Positions 51,001-60,476 of a stretch of 64,000 bases of DNA are shown one piece after another. Made by a program: the position numbers and the translations under genes. The stretch is from positions 32,001 through 96,000 of IMG/VR virus record IMGVR_UViG_2595698914_000001, one strand, 5' to 3'. A model generated the notes under the pieces. That model did not search any database. It was given only the letters and a program-made list of their open reading frames with translations, and had not been told where the DNA came from. Numbering within the stretch: position 1 is the stretch's first letter; each line of letters starts with the position of its first letter. Source of the DNA: a virus (Duplodnaviria > Caudoviricetes).

Positions 51001-52004
51001 TGAATCGTAAGTTTGCATTAGTTAGCAAGGAGTCTGGTTCAATAGTTAAAGTTGATGATATCGGTATGGAAGTATTATACGCTTCTGGTAAAGTCGATAA
51101 AGTTCAACTAGGTAGAATATTCGGTTCTAATGCGGGTAAGACTATACCTCATGAGATGGTTACAGACAGAAAAGTAGGTTATAAATTTAAAGTAGGTGAA
51201 GTACTTGCTTGGAATAAATACTTCTTTGAACGTGACTGGATTGAAACTACTCAGGTAGCTATGTTTGCTGGTGTACCATCATTCATTGCACTTAGAGAGA
51301 CTCAAGGTACATATGAAGATGCTTCAACTCAAAGTGAGTCGTTCTCTAAGAAGTTAGTTAGTAGAGTATCACACATTCGAGATATCTTAGTAGAGTACGA
51401 TAACAATATTAAGATGAATGTTAAAGTCGGAGATGAAGTAGAAGATGATACAAGTTTAGCTAATATCTTACCTGCTGGTGTAGACTTCACAGATGATACG
51501 TCTAGTTTAGATTATCAATCTACTACAAGTCCTAAATCTAAGTACAGGGGTTTAGTGGAACGTATAGAAGTATTATACTGCGGTGATGTAACTGATGCTA
51601 GTTCAACTGTTAAATCAATTATTAATAAAGGCGATAAAGAACGTAAACGTATTGCAGAGTATAGTGGTGAATTCCCTAGGGGTGAAGTTAAAGACCCAAC
51701 TTACTTCGGACAGAACTTCTTAGGAAGAAATAGCTGTCTAGTGCGCGTTTATATAACTGGTAATAATGAGTTCCAAGCTGGGGATAAGATGGGCTATATG
51801 CACGCTCTTAAAACTGTAAGCGGGAAAATATATAGTACCAAGTACCAAACAATTAATGGTTTACCTATAGATGGTGACTTTAGCTATAAAGGGATACTTT
51901 CTCGTATAGTTGAATCTCCTGTATATGAGGGAATTGCTAACATGTTTGTTCGTCAAGTCGGTCTTAATGCCTGTAAAGTTTACGATGGAGAATCAAAAGT
52001 ATGA
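48039..52004 (+). CDS. Virion RNA polymerase beta-like subunit (phiKZ gp178-like)
   Basis: FKMGGVDYRM.KQR.D.PI, TFGGAGGRS, DDPKRSNF, TYEDAS and GDKMGYMHALKTV (beta GDK..GRH.NKG equivalent). Confidence 0.9.
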   Translation: MINVTSFKQRYLVRKNTGVPSRISTLASDVPKSPIYHYLGKNDTLGPEPTDLVVNAISEAGNDPAIYVGHITDLSIDNERDKGFFGSKLKNQRELVQDYHKRYRQFTRVYDLDNVVDKKYPLIINYQMLPKIYPIKTKHADTYRWVENILMDSIWSTAASLDTDRIQFISINAPRKLQPLSYYKDIIRNERLTDLRKIKNREDLVLIDLFKFYLNPDNDTIIGKYLPKIKNLIVAVRDDINVFYISGENLLEWAQSEDSESKKLDWIHGLFEYLLTLRPSLEETDDEVETYQERIESIKSELNTDEDTQVDDIETAILTEADELLKTNAITEGEYKGALKLATRTRNLANPIGDGKLGDVIDNMPDTDEIPKSTIPDIEVIEDKSVLDNKVKMLDSEYADKYLNPHIIRTVLGMQNEGIIITNIRRELVEDASGKTQIFSIQTKPVKGDIGTFKIEVPVVNDEGVFKMGGVDYRMNKQRGDMPIVKIEPDEVALTAAMSKMFVTRGKRKANSYPEWLYVNLLNLKELNYIKDVKVSNVSVLIDVDKLPDIYSILAKRFKTFKFNDYEFYFDYKTRSELYKGDLKKLEGEAVLVGKVGKSLILVDDTNNFTKVTDGKEVALGTFEDILGLDKTKIPVEFSEVKIKGKIVPVGVLLAYWMGIEKFFRYIGVKVEEYQPNERISTRTGIIIRFKEVKLNVICDSKLQELLVGGFTYFKSSTREVNYEELNQPKSFHHIFSSRGISVSQYTFYTRIQRMWIDPITKDLLKGMREPTNIRDLFIRSTELLTNQQHVDTTDGAYKINKGYNRFNDIIYKEIIAGINEFSRGSKTAKRTFSINPKAVRMAIAMDSGIAPVAEANPMQVSGEQERITFGGAGGRSNQSMTGKHRKFHKNDRGVISEGFTDNGKAGTILYYTANPEIENIYGVQGKSDKKELGNLLSLSTNVNPFSVKDDPKRSNFGRIQYDAWANAVGQMVMPCRTGVELTVAHKVNRKFALVSKESGSIVKVDDIGMEVLYASGKVDKVQLGRIFGSNAGKTIPHEMVTDRKVGYKFKVGEVLAWNKYFFERDWIETTQVAMFAGVPSFIALRETQGTYEDASTQSESFSKKLVSRVSHIRDILVEYDNNIKMNVKVGDEVEDDTSLANILPAGVDFTDDTSSLDYQSTTSPKSKYRGLVERIEVLYCGDVTDASSTVKSIINKGDKERKRIAEYSGEFPRGEVKDPTYFGQNFLGRNSCLVRVYITGNNEFQAGDKMGYMHALKTVSGKIYSTKYQTINGLPIDGDFSYKGILSRIVESPVYEGIANMFVRQVGLNACKVYDGESKV

Positions 52005-52183
52005 AATTAAGTGAACAACAACGACTAATAGCTTTGGCTAATTTGGTTGAATTAGGTAAGCGTGTTCTTACCAATGTAGTAGGGGATGATTTATCTACTA
52101 GTATAGATGGTCAAAGCGTAGAAGATAATGCGGAAGTATTAATCACTACTAAGTTACGTGAAAAAGTTATCTTAAAGGGGTAA
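52001..52183 (+). CDS. Small conserved hypothetical protein
   Basis: 60 aa, ATGA overlap with the RNAP gene, SD GGAG. Confidence 0.65.
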   Translation: MKLSEQQRLIALANLVELGKRVLTNVVGDDLSTSIDGQSVEDNAEVLITTKLREKVILKG

Positions 52184-53581
52184 GTGATGTTTACATTAAG
52201 AAATCCAAATCTAATCCTTCTTTTATCAGAAGCGTGTCAAGGTTCAATCCGTTATAAGGAAACCTCCGCTTTTGGTAAGTTAGCATCAGTTCTTCCTCAA
52301 GAAGTAGATAACCTAAATGAATTACTTGAAGGCTTTAGCCAAGATAGAAATCATGAAGGTTTCATGTCGGAGATGGAAGCTGACTTAACAACGGTTATCC
52401 GCGAACGTGTATCGTTTATACGTAATAGTATCTCTGCTACTGTAGAAGACATCTGTCATTCTATGGAATCTCGTTTAGATGAAGTTACAGCTATGAAGCC
52501 GACTATCACTATCGGTGTATCAATGATTCCTAAAATCTTTAATAGCGAATTATTAGTAGGTTTAACTGAACCGTACCGTAATCATACAGTACGCGATATT
52601 AGCTTTAAGTCTGGAGTTTTCCCAGAATTATTACCTGCTGATTTAATGGGTGTTATTAACTCTATTGAAGATGATGAAGTTAAAGAAATGATTAATGACT
52701 TAGTAGACTCTACACCAGTGTCTATTGTAGATATCTATCGTAATTATTTCGGTGGTAACGTAGGTAAAGGCTATCCTAACGGTGGTGCATTACTAGCACC
52801 AACTTACATTCCATTTATGTATGTTGAGCGTGTTATTGCTTACTTCTTAGCTTGTGGTTTTGATAAGAACGTACATGAAGGTGTTAACTTACCTTTAGAT
52901 GTTTACCGTGGTCAGGTATCAACACTTAAGGCTAATTTAGCGAAGTTAACTTACCAGTCTATTGAAGTACTTAAGTCTACTATTAACAATGAACGTCGTT
53001 TACTTAAGACAGTTGACTACTCAGGTGAGTTACCTACTTTAGTACTTAATAAGAAACAGTACGATATGTTATTAAGTATTGATAACTGTACTCCAGAAAC
53101 TGTTATTGGATTACATTTACGTGGGGCTCTTGTAGACCTACAGTTTGATAACGTTGAAGATTTAGATGAGAAGTCTGAACTATTAGAACTTGCTACTAAG
53201 TCTGCTAATGCTGATTTCAATTACCGTAAGTCTATCAATAACGATAATCGTCGTGTAGCTGCAATTAAAGTTATTCGCGGTATTGTTTCTCAGTACATTG
53301 ATGATGGTAAGTACGTACTTCCAGAAAATCAATCTAAGTTAGACGTCATGAAACAATGTGATGTAATCTTAGGTACAGCCGGTAACTACTCAATGGACAA
53401 GATGTTCTATTTAGTACGTAAACTAGTTTGCTGTGCTCTATATCCAAATAGCGGTGCAGAAACATACTTCGCTTCAATGGATAAGTATCAACGTGAGAAT
53501 CCTACTATTAAACCTCGTGAAGCAGCGACGTTAGCAGTACGCGATACTTTAGTTGATTACATGGCTTCACAGTTAGCCTAA
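52184..53581 (+). CDS. Conserved chimallivirus protein (gp177-like position)
   Basis: 465 aa, with C-terminal P...PREAATLA..D.LVDY. Lies between the RNAP beta and protease genes. Confidence 0.65.
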   Translation: MMFTLRNPNLILLLSEACQGSIRYKETSAFGKLASVLPQEVDNLNELLEGFSQDRNHEGFMSEMEADLTTVIRERVSFIRNSISATVEDICHSMESRLDEVTAMKPTITIGVSMIPKIFNSELLVGLTEPYRNHTVRDISFKSGVFPELLPADLMGVINSIEDDEVKEMINDLVDSTPVSIVDIYRNYFGGNVGKGYPNGGALLAPTYIPFMYVERVIAYFLACGFDKNVHEGVNLPLDVYRGQVSTLKANLAKLTYQSIEVLKSTINNERRLLKTVDYSGELPTLVLNKKQYDMLLSIDNCTPETVIGLHLRGALVDLQFDNVEDLDEKSELLELATKSANADFNYRKSINNDNRRVAAIKVIRGIVSQYIDDGKYVLPENQSKLDVMKQCDVILGTAGNYSMDKMFYLVRKLVCCALYPNSGAETYFASMDKYQRENPTIKPREAATLAVRDTLVDYMASQLA

Positions 53582-53592
53582 GGTTATCCATT

Positions 53593-54294
53593 ATGTTTAG
53601 TATGTCATCTTTAAAGTTGGCTCCTAACAACATAACTAAACACCTAGTAGAGCAGGACGATGATTCGGTATATACCAAACGCGACTGCTCTTTATTCGTT
53701 CCAAAGAAATGGTTAAACACACGTTTAGCCAGTATTGAAGATAGGTACTTTATTTTAGCTATCTTTATGATACGTATTGGTGATGAGTATAAGGTGTGGA
53801 ATTACGCTGGAACAATAGAGCTGGCTGTAACAGAATACCAAACTACAGTAATTGATGGTACTGAGTGTCTTGAGTTTAAATATAAAGCTGGTGAAGTAGT
53901 AGTTAAAAATGCTAACTCGCCAGTGGATAATACTCTACCATATAGTATCACCAACATGATTACTAAGTTAGGTTCAATCGTCCCGTACTTGAGTTATGAT
54001 GATTTCCTAAGAATACCTGAGACCTTTCCTCTTTACTGTAAGCTTAATATACCAAGTTACGCTTATGTTAACATCTACATGGCTTATGTTTGTCGTTCAA
54101 AGAAAGATAAACGTGTACGTGCTAGTTTAGATAAGAATGATGAGTATGTTAATATACCTCTAAGTTCTGTTAAGTTAGCTGTAGAAAATACACTTAATAA
54201 GTTTAGTGGTGGTTATCTAGATGAGGCTACTCAGGCGGCTCTTATGAATCCATCAGATAAAGCAAGTATGTCTGAAATTATATTACGGAGTTAA
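53593..54294 (+). CDS. Conserved chimallivirus protein (gp176-like position)
   Basis: 233 aa; G.I.PYL.Y.D and NKF.GGY...A..AAL.NP motifs. Immediately upstream of the prohead protease. Confidence 0.65.
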   Translation: MFSMSSLKLAPNNITKHLVEQDDDSVYTKRDCSLFVPKKWLNTRLASIEDRYFILAIFMIRIGDEYKVWNYAGTIELAVTEYQTTVIDGTECLEFKYKAGEVVVKNANSPVDNTLPYSITNMITKLGSIVPYLSYDDFLRIPETFPLYCKLNIPSYAYVNIYMAYVCRSKKDKRVRASLDKNDEYVNIPLSSVKLAVENTLNKFSGGYLDEATQAALMNPSDKASMSEIILRS

Positions 54295-54296
54295 TT

Positions 54297-55100
54297 ATGT
54301 CAACGTTAACATTTACTTCAAACAAAACATTACTCCGTGGTAAGCAGGGTAAGTTAAAGCAAGACAGTGGTGGTTCTTATGAAGTACTAGCTGGTGCTTA
54401 CAATGTCGCTAATAATGTAGGGGATATATATCTCCTAACAGAACGCGTTAAGAAATTGTTCGTTAAGTCTACCATGATGGAAAAACTTAACAAGAATCAG
54501 TTATACGGTGAAGGAGACCATCCGTCACTAGATGAGTTCCGTTCTAAAGCTCGTACTGAACAACAAGCAATTCAGTTATGGATTAATCGTTTAGGTCAAA
54601 TTCAAGCTAAAGCGATATCACATCAAATTACATCTGTGGCCTTAAAGCCATTAGACATTGTTAAAGATGGTCGCCCGGTATGGGGTGTGTTCTTAGGTAT
54701 TAAACCTTTACATCCAGTACTTAAGCAAAGTCTAGCTGACCCTGAACAAAACACAGCTTTTAGTGTTCGTTCTTTTGTTGATCGTTTTATTAAGTTAGGT
54801 GAGATGTTCTGTGAAGCTAAAGATATCATCACGTACGATTGGGTCCCTCATGGTGGTATCTCGTTAGCCACTAAGTACAATACTCCAAGTCTTGAATCAG
54901 AAGGTTCACCACTTATCATGGAAAGCTCAGCTGCAATCACGACAGACATCCTTAATGGTTTGACTGCGATGGAAGAAAGTAAAGAGTATGATATGGCGGG
55001 TGTTGAATCAGATACGGTTTTCAATACAACCATGATTAAAGGATTAGCGGGTTGGAGAGAAGTCCCAGACTTATCTTCTATGGTTAGTCGTAACTGGTAA
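54297..55100 (+). CDS. Prohead (head maturation) serine protease (phiKZ gp175-like; T4 gp21-type fold)
   Basis: YGEGDHP (catalytic His), FSVRS (catalytic Ser) and ITYDWV. C-terminal SLE|S and GVE|S candidate autocleavage sites. Confidence 0.9.
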   Translation: MSTLTFTSNKTLLRGKQGKLKQDSGGSYEVLAGAYNVANNVGDIYLLTERVKKLFVKSTMMEKLNKNQLYGEGDHPSLDEFRSKARTEQQAIQLWINRLGQIQAKAISHQITSVALKPLDIVKDGRPVWGVFLGIKPLHPVLKQSLADPEQNTAFSVRSFVDRFIKLGEMFCEAKDIITYDWVPHGGISLATKYNTPSLESEGSPLIMESSAAITTDILNGLTAMEESKEYDMAGVESDTVFNTTMIKGLAGWREVPDLSSMVSRNW

Positions 55101-55109
55101 AACACGTTT

Positions 55110-55139
55110 ATTAGACAGGGCATCAGTCCTGTCTAATTT
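55110..55139 (+). terminator. Terminator hairpin
   Basis: attagacagggc-atca-gtcctgtctaat. Confidence 0.7.
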
Positions 55140-55158
55140 GCCCCTATTTTTTTATAAC

Positions 55159-55181
55159 CCTATATTATAGTAGTGAATTAA
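55159..55181 (+). promoter_or_regulatory. Putative early promoter variant
   Basis: cctatattatagtagtgaattaa, similar to 63606 cctatattatataagtgaattaa. Confidence 0.6.
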
Positions 55182-55218
55182 TAAACCTATTTTAAACTTA
55201 ATAAAGGAAACTAAGATT

Positions 55219-55626
55219 ATGTCAGACTCAACAAGAGAAGAATTTGGTAGTATAGCTAATAATGTGTTAAAACTTAAAGCTAATTTATACATTAATTCAC
55301 CTACATTAAACGTAGCAACTTGCGAAGCTATAGTAACCGATATAGCGGATTACTGTAATAAGTTAGTTCCTCTTAAGGAAGAAATATTTGAAGAACTAAT
55401 GAATGAAAATGATGTTGTGGAATTACCAGATGATAATACCCTAACTAGTATCCTTGTATATGGTGATGATGGATATACGTTAAGGGCAATGACCGGTGCG
55501 TTAACTGGTAACATAACTCGATTATTTAATGATGTTGATTTTCATACGGGAACAGACATACAACAACTTATAAGTGTTAACCAACAAAAAGAACTAATTA
55601 CAGTAATACTCATTCAAAGAGATTAA
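55219..55626 (+). CDS. Hypothetical protein (monocistronic insertion)
   Basis: 135 aa, with its own promoter motif, SD AAGGAAA and terminator. Confidence 0.7.
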   Translation: MSDSTREEFGSIANNVLKLKANLYINSPTLNVATCEAIVTDIADYCNKLVPLKEEIFEELMNENDVVELPDDNTLTSILVYGDDGYTLRAMTGALTGNITRLFNDVDFHTGTDIQQLISVNQQKELITVILIQRD

Positions 55627-55631
55627 ATAGA

Positions 55632-55659
55632 GGAGAGCTTTCGCTCTCCCTTATTTTTT
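55632..55659 (+). terminator. Intrinsic terminator
   Basis: ggagagc-tttc-gctctcc followed by a T-rich tail. Confidence 0.7.
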
Positions 55660-55662
55660 GTT

Positions 55663-56703
55663 TTATCTGCTCAATATAGAACTATAAAAATCTTTAGACT
55701 CTGAATCTAAATGCCGTAATAAGTTATCAGTTCTACGTCTACCCAGTAACTTCTTAAGTCTGTTCTCATGAGTACTAACTTCTAGCCTTAAATCATAGTT
55801 ATCATTTAAAGCTGTTAGCTTATTATATAGGTTAACTTCTGATACAGCATTAATCCACATTAATGAATCCATGTAGTAATCATTAACTTCTATACGATAT
55901 CCAGTATTAGAATTAAGCATAGGTAGATTGAAGTATAAGTCAGATAACTGAGTCTTAGTAAGAGAACCAAAATGTTGACGGTAATCTTTCTTAGCTGACT
56001 CGTACAATTTAGTAATGCTGTCGTGTCGGTAAGGTAGACTTAGATATACGTCTTCATCGTTAGGATAAGTTAAATCTAAACTATCCAATTCAAAACGATT
56101 CAATAACGCTATATTTATAACATCATAACTGAGAGGTATTATAAGGAACTCTGTGATGAATTCATTTATATCTAACTCAGTATATCCTAATTCCTTACTA
56201 ATCTTACTACGATGCATTACAGAGGCTAATAGAGGTATGTCTATCGCTAATAAACTATTACTTTCCATACCATTAATGTAGTCTTGTATTCTAAGAGAAG
56301 TTTGGTCATGATAATAAAGCTTTAGAATACTTTCATGGTCTTTAACAGTACCATTTAAAAAAGTAACTTCGAATTCTTTATGTATCAGATAGTCCTTACC
56401 TAATAGTATGTCCTGTGGAGTTTGTTTAACTCCCGGATATACTACATTAAATAAGTTGGCAATATGCCTAAGGTTCTGTCTAACATTTTCATATGTTTGC
56501 TCGGGTGTACTACCAAAGTATTGCTGTACGGTATTACAAATAGTGGATAATGTATGGCTGTTGTTGAATTTAATAGCCTTACCCCAATGATACTGTATAA
56601 AGGATTCTATATTACTTTCTATACGATTCTCTAATCGTATAATATTATTAGACTTACTTATTGTGGTTCCTGTAGATGAACCGGTTAGATTGACAAACTG
56701 CAT
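55663..56703 (-). CDS. Conserved chimallivirus protein (gp174-like position)
   Basis: 346 aa; LAIDIPLLA...Y...F...F.I.P...D.INIALLNRF. Convergent with the protease operon. Confidence 0.65.
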   Translation of the reverse strand: MQFVNLTGSSTGTTISKSNNIIRLENRIESNIESFIQYHWGKAIKFNNSHTLSTICNTVQQYFGSTPEQTYENVRQNLRHIANLFNVVYPGVKQTPQDILLGKDYLIHKEFEVTFLNGTVKDHESILKLYYHDQTSLRIQDYINGMESNSLLAIDIPLLASVMHRSKISKELGYTELDINEFITEFLIIPLSYDVINIALLNRFELDSLDLTYPNDEDVYLSLPYRHDSITKLYESAKKDYRQHFGSLTKTQLSDLYFNLPMLNSNTGYRIEVNDYYMDSLMWINAVSEVNLYNKLTALNDNYDLRLEVSTHENRLKKLLGRRRTDNLLRHLDSESKDFYSSILSR

Positions 56704-56762
56704 AGCTGATCATCTCCAAGATGGTGAATACTAAGTTCTTAACTATAGATTTTGAGATAAGT

Positions 56763-56792
56763 AAATAAATACACCTATATATTATAGAAGTG
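56763..56792 (+). promoter_or_regulatory. Putative early promoter, CTATATATTATAG motif
   Basis: aaataaatacacctatatattatagaagtg, heading the accessory operon. Confidence 0.7.
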
Positions 56793-56828
56793 TATGTATA
56801 TAACAATTCTACTTAATGGGTATTATAA

Positions 56829-57092
56829 ATGCCGCGTAAAAAAATAAAACGTAAACATAAGCATAAACCAAAAAAGAAATTTAAACATCAGCCGTATAAC
56901 CTTAATCATAAATTTAATTTCCCAGCTAGCCTATGGGAGATATACGAAGCAGCTTTAAGACATGATGTATTAGATGAAGTAGTTAAAAAACATCTAGCTA
57001 ATTCACGAATTAAAGATGATAAAGGTAATGGTTTAATTTTAGAGGGAGACCGAATGAATAATCATATAAACGTAGAAGGTATATTCAAATGA
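56829..57092 (+). CDS. Small protein with a very basic N-terminus
   Basis: MPRKKIKRKHKHKPKKKFKH. First gene after the early promoter. Confidence 0.6.
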   Translation: MPRKKIKRKHKHKPKKKFKHQPYNLNHKFNFPASLWEIYEAALRHDVLDEVVKKHLANSRIKDDKGNGLILEGDRMNNHINVEGIFK

Positions 57093-57538
57093 TATTTCCA
57101 CAAACTAGAAGAGTAGCAACTAAGAACGATATTATCGAAGTAGCTATACCTAAACATAACGAATACTATTTAAACAATTTAGCCATTGATGATGTTGAAA
57201 GAACTCTACGCGTGTTTCAATTAATGAACAATCAGTTGTTTGCGGTTAGTGCTTTAGTTGATGAGCGTATGATATTAAAGCAAGTGCTCTTGAAACCAAA
57301 AGAGTTCGATACAAGAATACACACTATCAATGCCATTAGCGACCCACTTCAACATGTATACAGTATTGAAGGTAAGTATCCAGAGATACGTAATATACCT
57401 GTAACTAACTTAACAGCAGATAAGTCAAGTCAGCATGTAAATGTACATTATCTTTTACGTATAGGTCGTAATAGTAAATGTTCTTTATCTCGTTGTGAAA
57501 CAAACATTAGAAGTACGGCTAGTATCATGGGGTTCTAA
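57089..57538 (+). CDS. Hypothetical protein
   Basis: 149 aa, ATGA overlap. Confidence 0.65.
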   Translation: MIFPQTRRVATKNDIIEVAIPKHNEYYLNNLAIDDVERTLRVFQLMNNQLFAVSALVDERMILKQVLLKPKEFDTRIHTINAISDPLQHVYSIEGKYPEIRNIPVTNLTADKSSQHVNVHYLLRIGRNSKCSLSRCETNIRSTASIMGF

Positions 57539-57539
57539 T

Positions 57540-57890
57540 ATGAGATTATATACTTGTCAGATTGCTAAATGGCGTAAAGCAGAGAACTTCCTAGATACCA
57601 CAGTTAAGTCTGGGGATAAGTTGTTTGCTCCAACGTGGAATTTACTTGGTCTATATAGGACTGGTCAAATTAATGATGAGGAATATAAGACTCAGTTTAT
57701 AGAATTAATGAGAACATCTTTTACCAATAACAAAGACCACTGGTTAAAGATATTAAATCAAGAAGTATTAACTATAGGGTGTTATTGTACACCGGGTAAG
57801 TTTTGCCATAGATTAATACTAGTAGAATTATTTAAATCGGTTTGTCTAAAATATAATATTAACTTTGAATACCTAGGAGAATTAGAATGA
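57540..57890 (+). CDS. DUF488-like protein
   Basis: Likely start MRLYT. FAPTWNLL...Y..QF and CYC.PG.FCHR..L motifs. Confidence 0.7.
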   Translation: MRLYTCQIAKWRKAENFLDTTVKSGDKLFAPTWNLLGLYRTGQINDEEYKTQFIELMRTSFTNNKDHWLKILNQEVLTIGCYCTPGKFCHRLILVELFKSVCLKYNINFEYLGELE

Positions 57891-58384
57891 CATTGGGACA
57901 ATTAAAATTAAAAGCGTTTTGCGAGTTACTTGTATTAACCCCACTTAAAGTGACTATCAAACTAGCCTCTATCATATGTACTATCTGTGGCTTCAAGGAT
58001 AAAGCATTAAGTTACGATATAGTATCGATGGCATACAGTTATAAGTATTACCTACAGCGACAAGCGTGTCCAACAATAGTAGGTATCTACCTTAACGAAG
58101 TTCTTGGTTATTCTCGTAACGAGAACTCAATCATTGACAACTTACGTGATGAAATGTTAAGGGATAAAAAGACATTCGATTACCTTTATCCTATATTTCA
58201 ATCTAGAGATGCTAAACGTATACTAACGTTACTAAATACGATAGACGATATTAGTATGGTTGAATATAAGGAATTGATAAATCCCAACCATAAGTCATTC
58301 GTTAGTTTAGTAAGTAAAGAAAAACTACTTAAAGATAAAATCGATAAGTCTTCATTAGAATTAGATTCAAGGTTTGGATTATGA
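57887..58384 (+). CDS. Hypothetical protein
   Basis: 165 aa, ATGA overlaps on both sides. Confidence 0.65.
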   Translation: MTLGQLKLKAFCELLVLTPLKVTIKLASIICTICGFKDKALSYDIVSMAYSYKYYLQRQACPTIVGIYLNEVLGYSRNENSIIDNLRDEMLRDKKTFDYLYPIFQSRDAKRILTLLNTIDDISMVEYKELINPNHKSFVSLVSKEKLLKDKIDKSSLELDSRFGL

Positions 58385-58737
58385 ATGGTATATGGTCAAT
58401 AGTTACTCCAGAAATGTTTACGGAGAAAATGTTAGCTATGTCTAAACAAGAACTAACCTTAGATGATTATAAGAAGGAGTTCTTTAATTACTGGGTAACT
58501 CATAAAGATACTACTCAACATGTACATCACGATGAGTTAGACCATACTACTAAGGCTTTACGTCTGAGTTCCGGTGAGTTACAAATTAAACCAGTTCCAG
58601 TGGGTGTTCCTTGTAGACTACACGGTAAGACTACCTTACATCGACAAATGGTAGAGAATAAAGTAGGTTGGGATGATTACTCTACCGATGAATTAAATAA
58701 TTCGAATATAGTTCCTACTAAATATAAACCTAATTAA
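58381..58737 (+). CDS. Hypothetical protein
   Basis: 118 aa, coupled within the operon. Confidence 0.65.
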   Translation: MNGIWSIVTPEMFTEKMLAMSKQELTLDDYKKEFFNYWVTHKDTTQHVHHDELDHTTKALRLSSGELQIKPVPVGVPCRLHGKTTLHRQMVENKVGWDDYSTDELNNSNIVPTKYKPN

Positions 58738-58748
58738 GGAAGTCACTC

Positions 58749-59360
58749 GTGATACTTAATCGAGTAAAGAATTACACTCAGTTACAACAGATGTTTCTAT
58801 TGAAAGGTCTTGTCGGTGGCTTTACTGGTACTTTAATGGTAGCAGTATTAACTCTAGAAATCGTAACAAACTTTCCAGCAGATGTAGTTCTATTAAAGAA
58901 TTATTTAATGCAAGCGCCAACCTTACTTATATTAATTCCATTCGTCGGTGTGTGGATTAGAAAAAATCCTATCTACTGTTACAGACTGAAAGGGGTATTA
59001 AGTATTGGTGGATTAATTGGTTTAGTTATGGTGGAGCTTTTAGATGCTTCTAAGATTTGGTATCTGGTTGATGCTGGACTAGTAGCTATTATGGCTGTTC
59101 TTATGTTACCTCATAAATCATACTACAAGAGCGCTGTAGTAAATAAATGCAAAGTTTACTCTGAGGATTGTGGTTATGTTGAGATGTTTAATAATATAAC
59201 TTACGTCCTACTGGGTATAACTCTTGTGACTATACCTATACCAACGGTCTATTTGTTAATGTTAGTAGTACCACTAGAATGTTTAGAACGTTACTTAGAG
59301 AACCGCTGCGTTGAAGTGGTATACTATGAAGACGAACCAGAATTACACGAATACGTATAA
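58749..59360 (+). CDS. Multi-pass membrane protein (about 6 TM)
   Basis: GTG start after AAGGAAG. About six hydrophobic segments. Confidence 0.7.
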   Translation: MILNRVKNYTQLQQMFLLKGLVGGFTGTLMVAVLTLEIVTNFPADVVLLKNYLMQAPTLLILIPFVGVWIRKNPIYCYRLKGVLSIGGLIGLVMVELLDASKIWYLVDAGLVAIMAVLMLPHKSYYKSAVVNKCKVYSEDCGYVEMFNNITYVLLGITLVTIPIPTVYLLMLVVPLECLERYLENRCVEVVYYEDEPELHEYV

Positions 59361-59385
59361 TAAACTAAATTATTAAGGTCTCATC

Positions 59386-60456
59386 ATGAAAGAAAAAATA
59401 AATAACTTCCCTAAGATAGGGGAATTTCGAAAGGTAGTAAAGTATGTAACTGAACGTGCTCAATTTAAAGGATTAGATAGTAGCAATAAACCTATATTCG
59501 ATCGTTCAGTAGAACTTCCGGTAATAAGTTATATTGGTACTGTTAAGATGCATGGTACTAATGGACGTATTGTTTTATCTGAAGACGGTACTATTTCATT
59601 TCATAGTAAGGAGAGCTTACTAGGTTATATAACACCAAGCGGTATTTGGAATCTAGTAAAAGATAATTATGACTTTGCTTATACACTACACCAACGATTG
59701 CCTGGAGTTATTAAAATTTTAAACGAAGCTAAGGAGTTACTGGGTAGTAGGTTAACTTATCCAATAACCTTATCGGGCGAGTGGGTCGGTTCTGGTATAG
59801 CTAAGGGTTCATCTCTTTCAAACTTACCTAATCGATCATTTGTTATTTTCAATGTTAGATCGGGTCTAACCGAATCATTGTTATCTTACGTACTACCAAT
59901 TAAATATTTGACGCGTTTATTGTCTAAAGAATATCATATTTATAATGTAACTCAATTTAAATTATTTCAGTTCGATATAGATTTCAATAATCCTCTGACA
60001 ATCCAAAACAAATTGGTGGAATGTGTAAGTTCTATTGAGGAAAAATGTCCTGTGGCTGATTTCTTTAACTTACCCGGTGAATTAGTTGGTGAAGGTATTG
60101 TATGTATTCCTGATAATCGTGGTTACATATGGGAACCAAAGACGTGGTTTAAAGTAAAAGGTAAGAAGCATTCTTCAACTAAAGTAAAAACCTTAGCAGC
60201 TATATGTCCTGAGAAACTAAATACGGTTAATAAGTTTATTGAATACTCAGTTACTGTTAACCGTTTAGAACAGGCTTTAGGCGAGATAGGTCTGGCTAAA
60301 GAGTCTACTGGTAGTTTTATTAAATGGATAATAGATGATATCCGTTTAGAAGAAAACGATACATTAGAACAGAATAATCTTACTATTAGAGATGTTTCTA
60401 AAGGAATCTCTAAAGTAGCTAGTAATTTCTATTTAACTAATCTCAATAACAAATAA
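59386..60456 (+). CDS. ATP-dependent RNA ligase (Rnl2-like nucleotidyltransferase)
   Basis: Motif I TVKMHGTNG, motif III LSGEWVG, IIIa FVIFNV, IV GEGIV and V WFKVK. Confidence 0.85.
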   Translation: MKEKINNFPKIGEFRKVVKYVTERAQFKGLDSSNKPIFDRSVELPVISYIGTVKMHGTNGRIVLSEDGTISFHSKESLLGYITPSGIWNLVKDNYDFAYTLHQRLPGVIKILNEAKELLGSRLTYPITLSGEWVGSGIAKGSSLSNLPNRSFVIFNVRSGLTESLLSYVLPIKYLTRLLSKEYHIYNVTQFKLFQFDIDFNNPLTIQNKLVECVSSIEEKCPVADFFNLPGELVGEGIVCIPDNRGYIWEPKTWFKVKGKKHSSTKVKTLAAICPEKLNTVNKFIEYSVTVNRLEQALGEIGLAKESTGSFIKWIIDDIRLEENDTLEQNNLTIRDVSKGISKVASNFYLTNLNNK

Positions 60457-60476
60457 CTTACTTAAGGAAATATCTC

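Noticed and set aside
48039-52004. Introns, inteins or homing endonucleases in the RNAP genes
   Set aside because: The ORFs are uninterrupted and not oversized. No intein termini or HNH/LAGLIDADG motifs were noticed.
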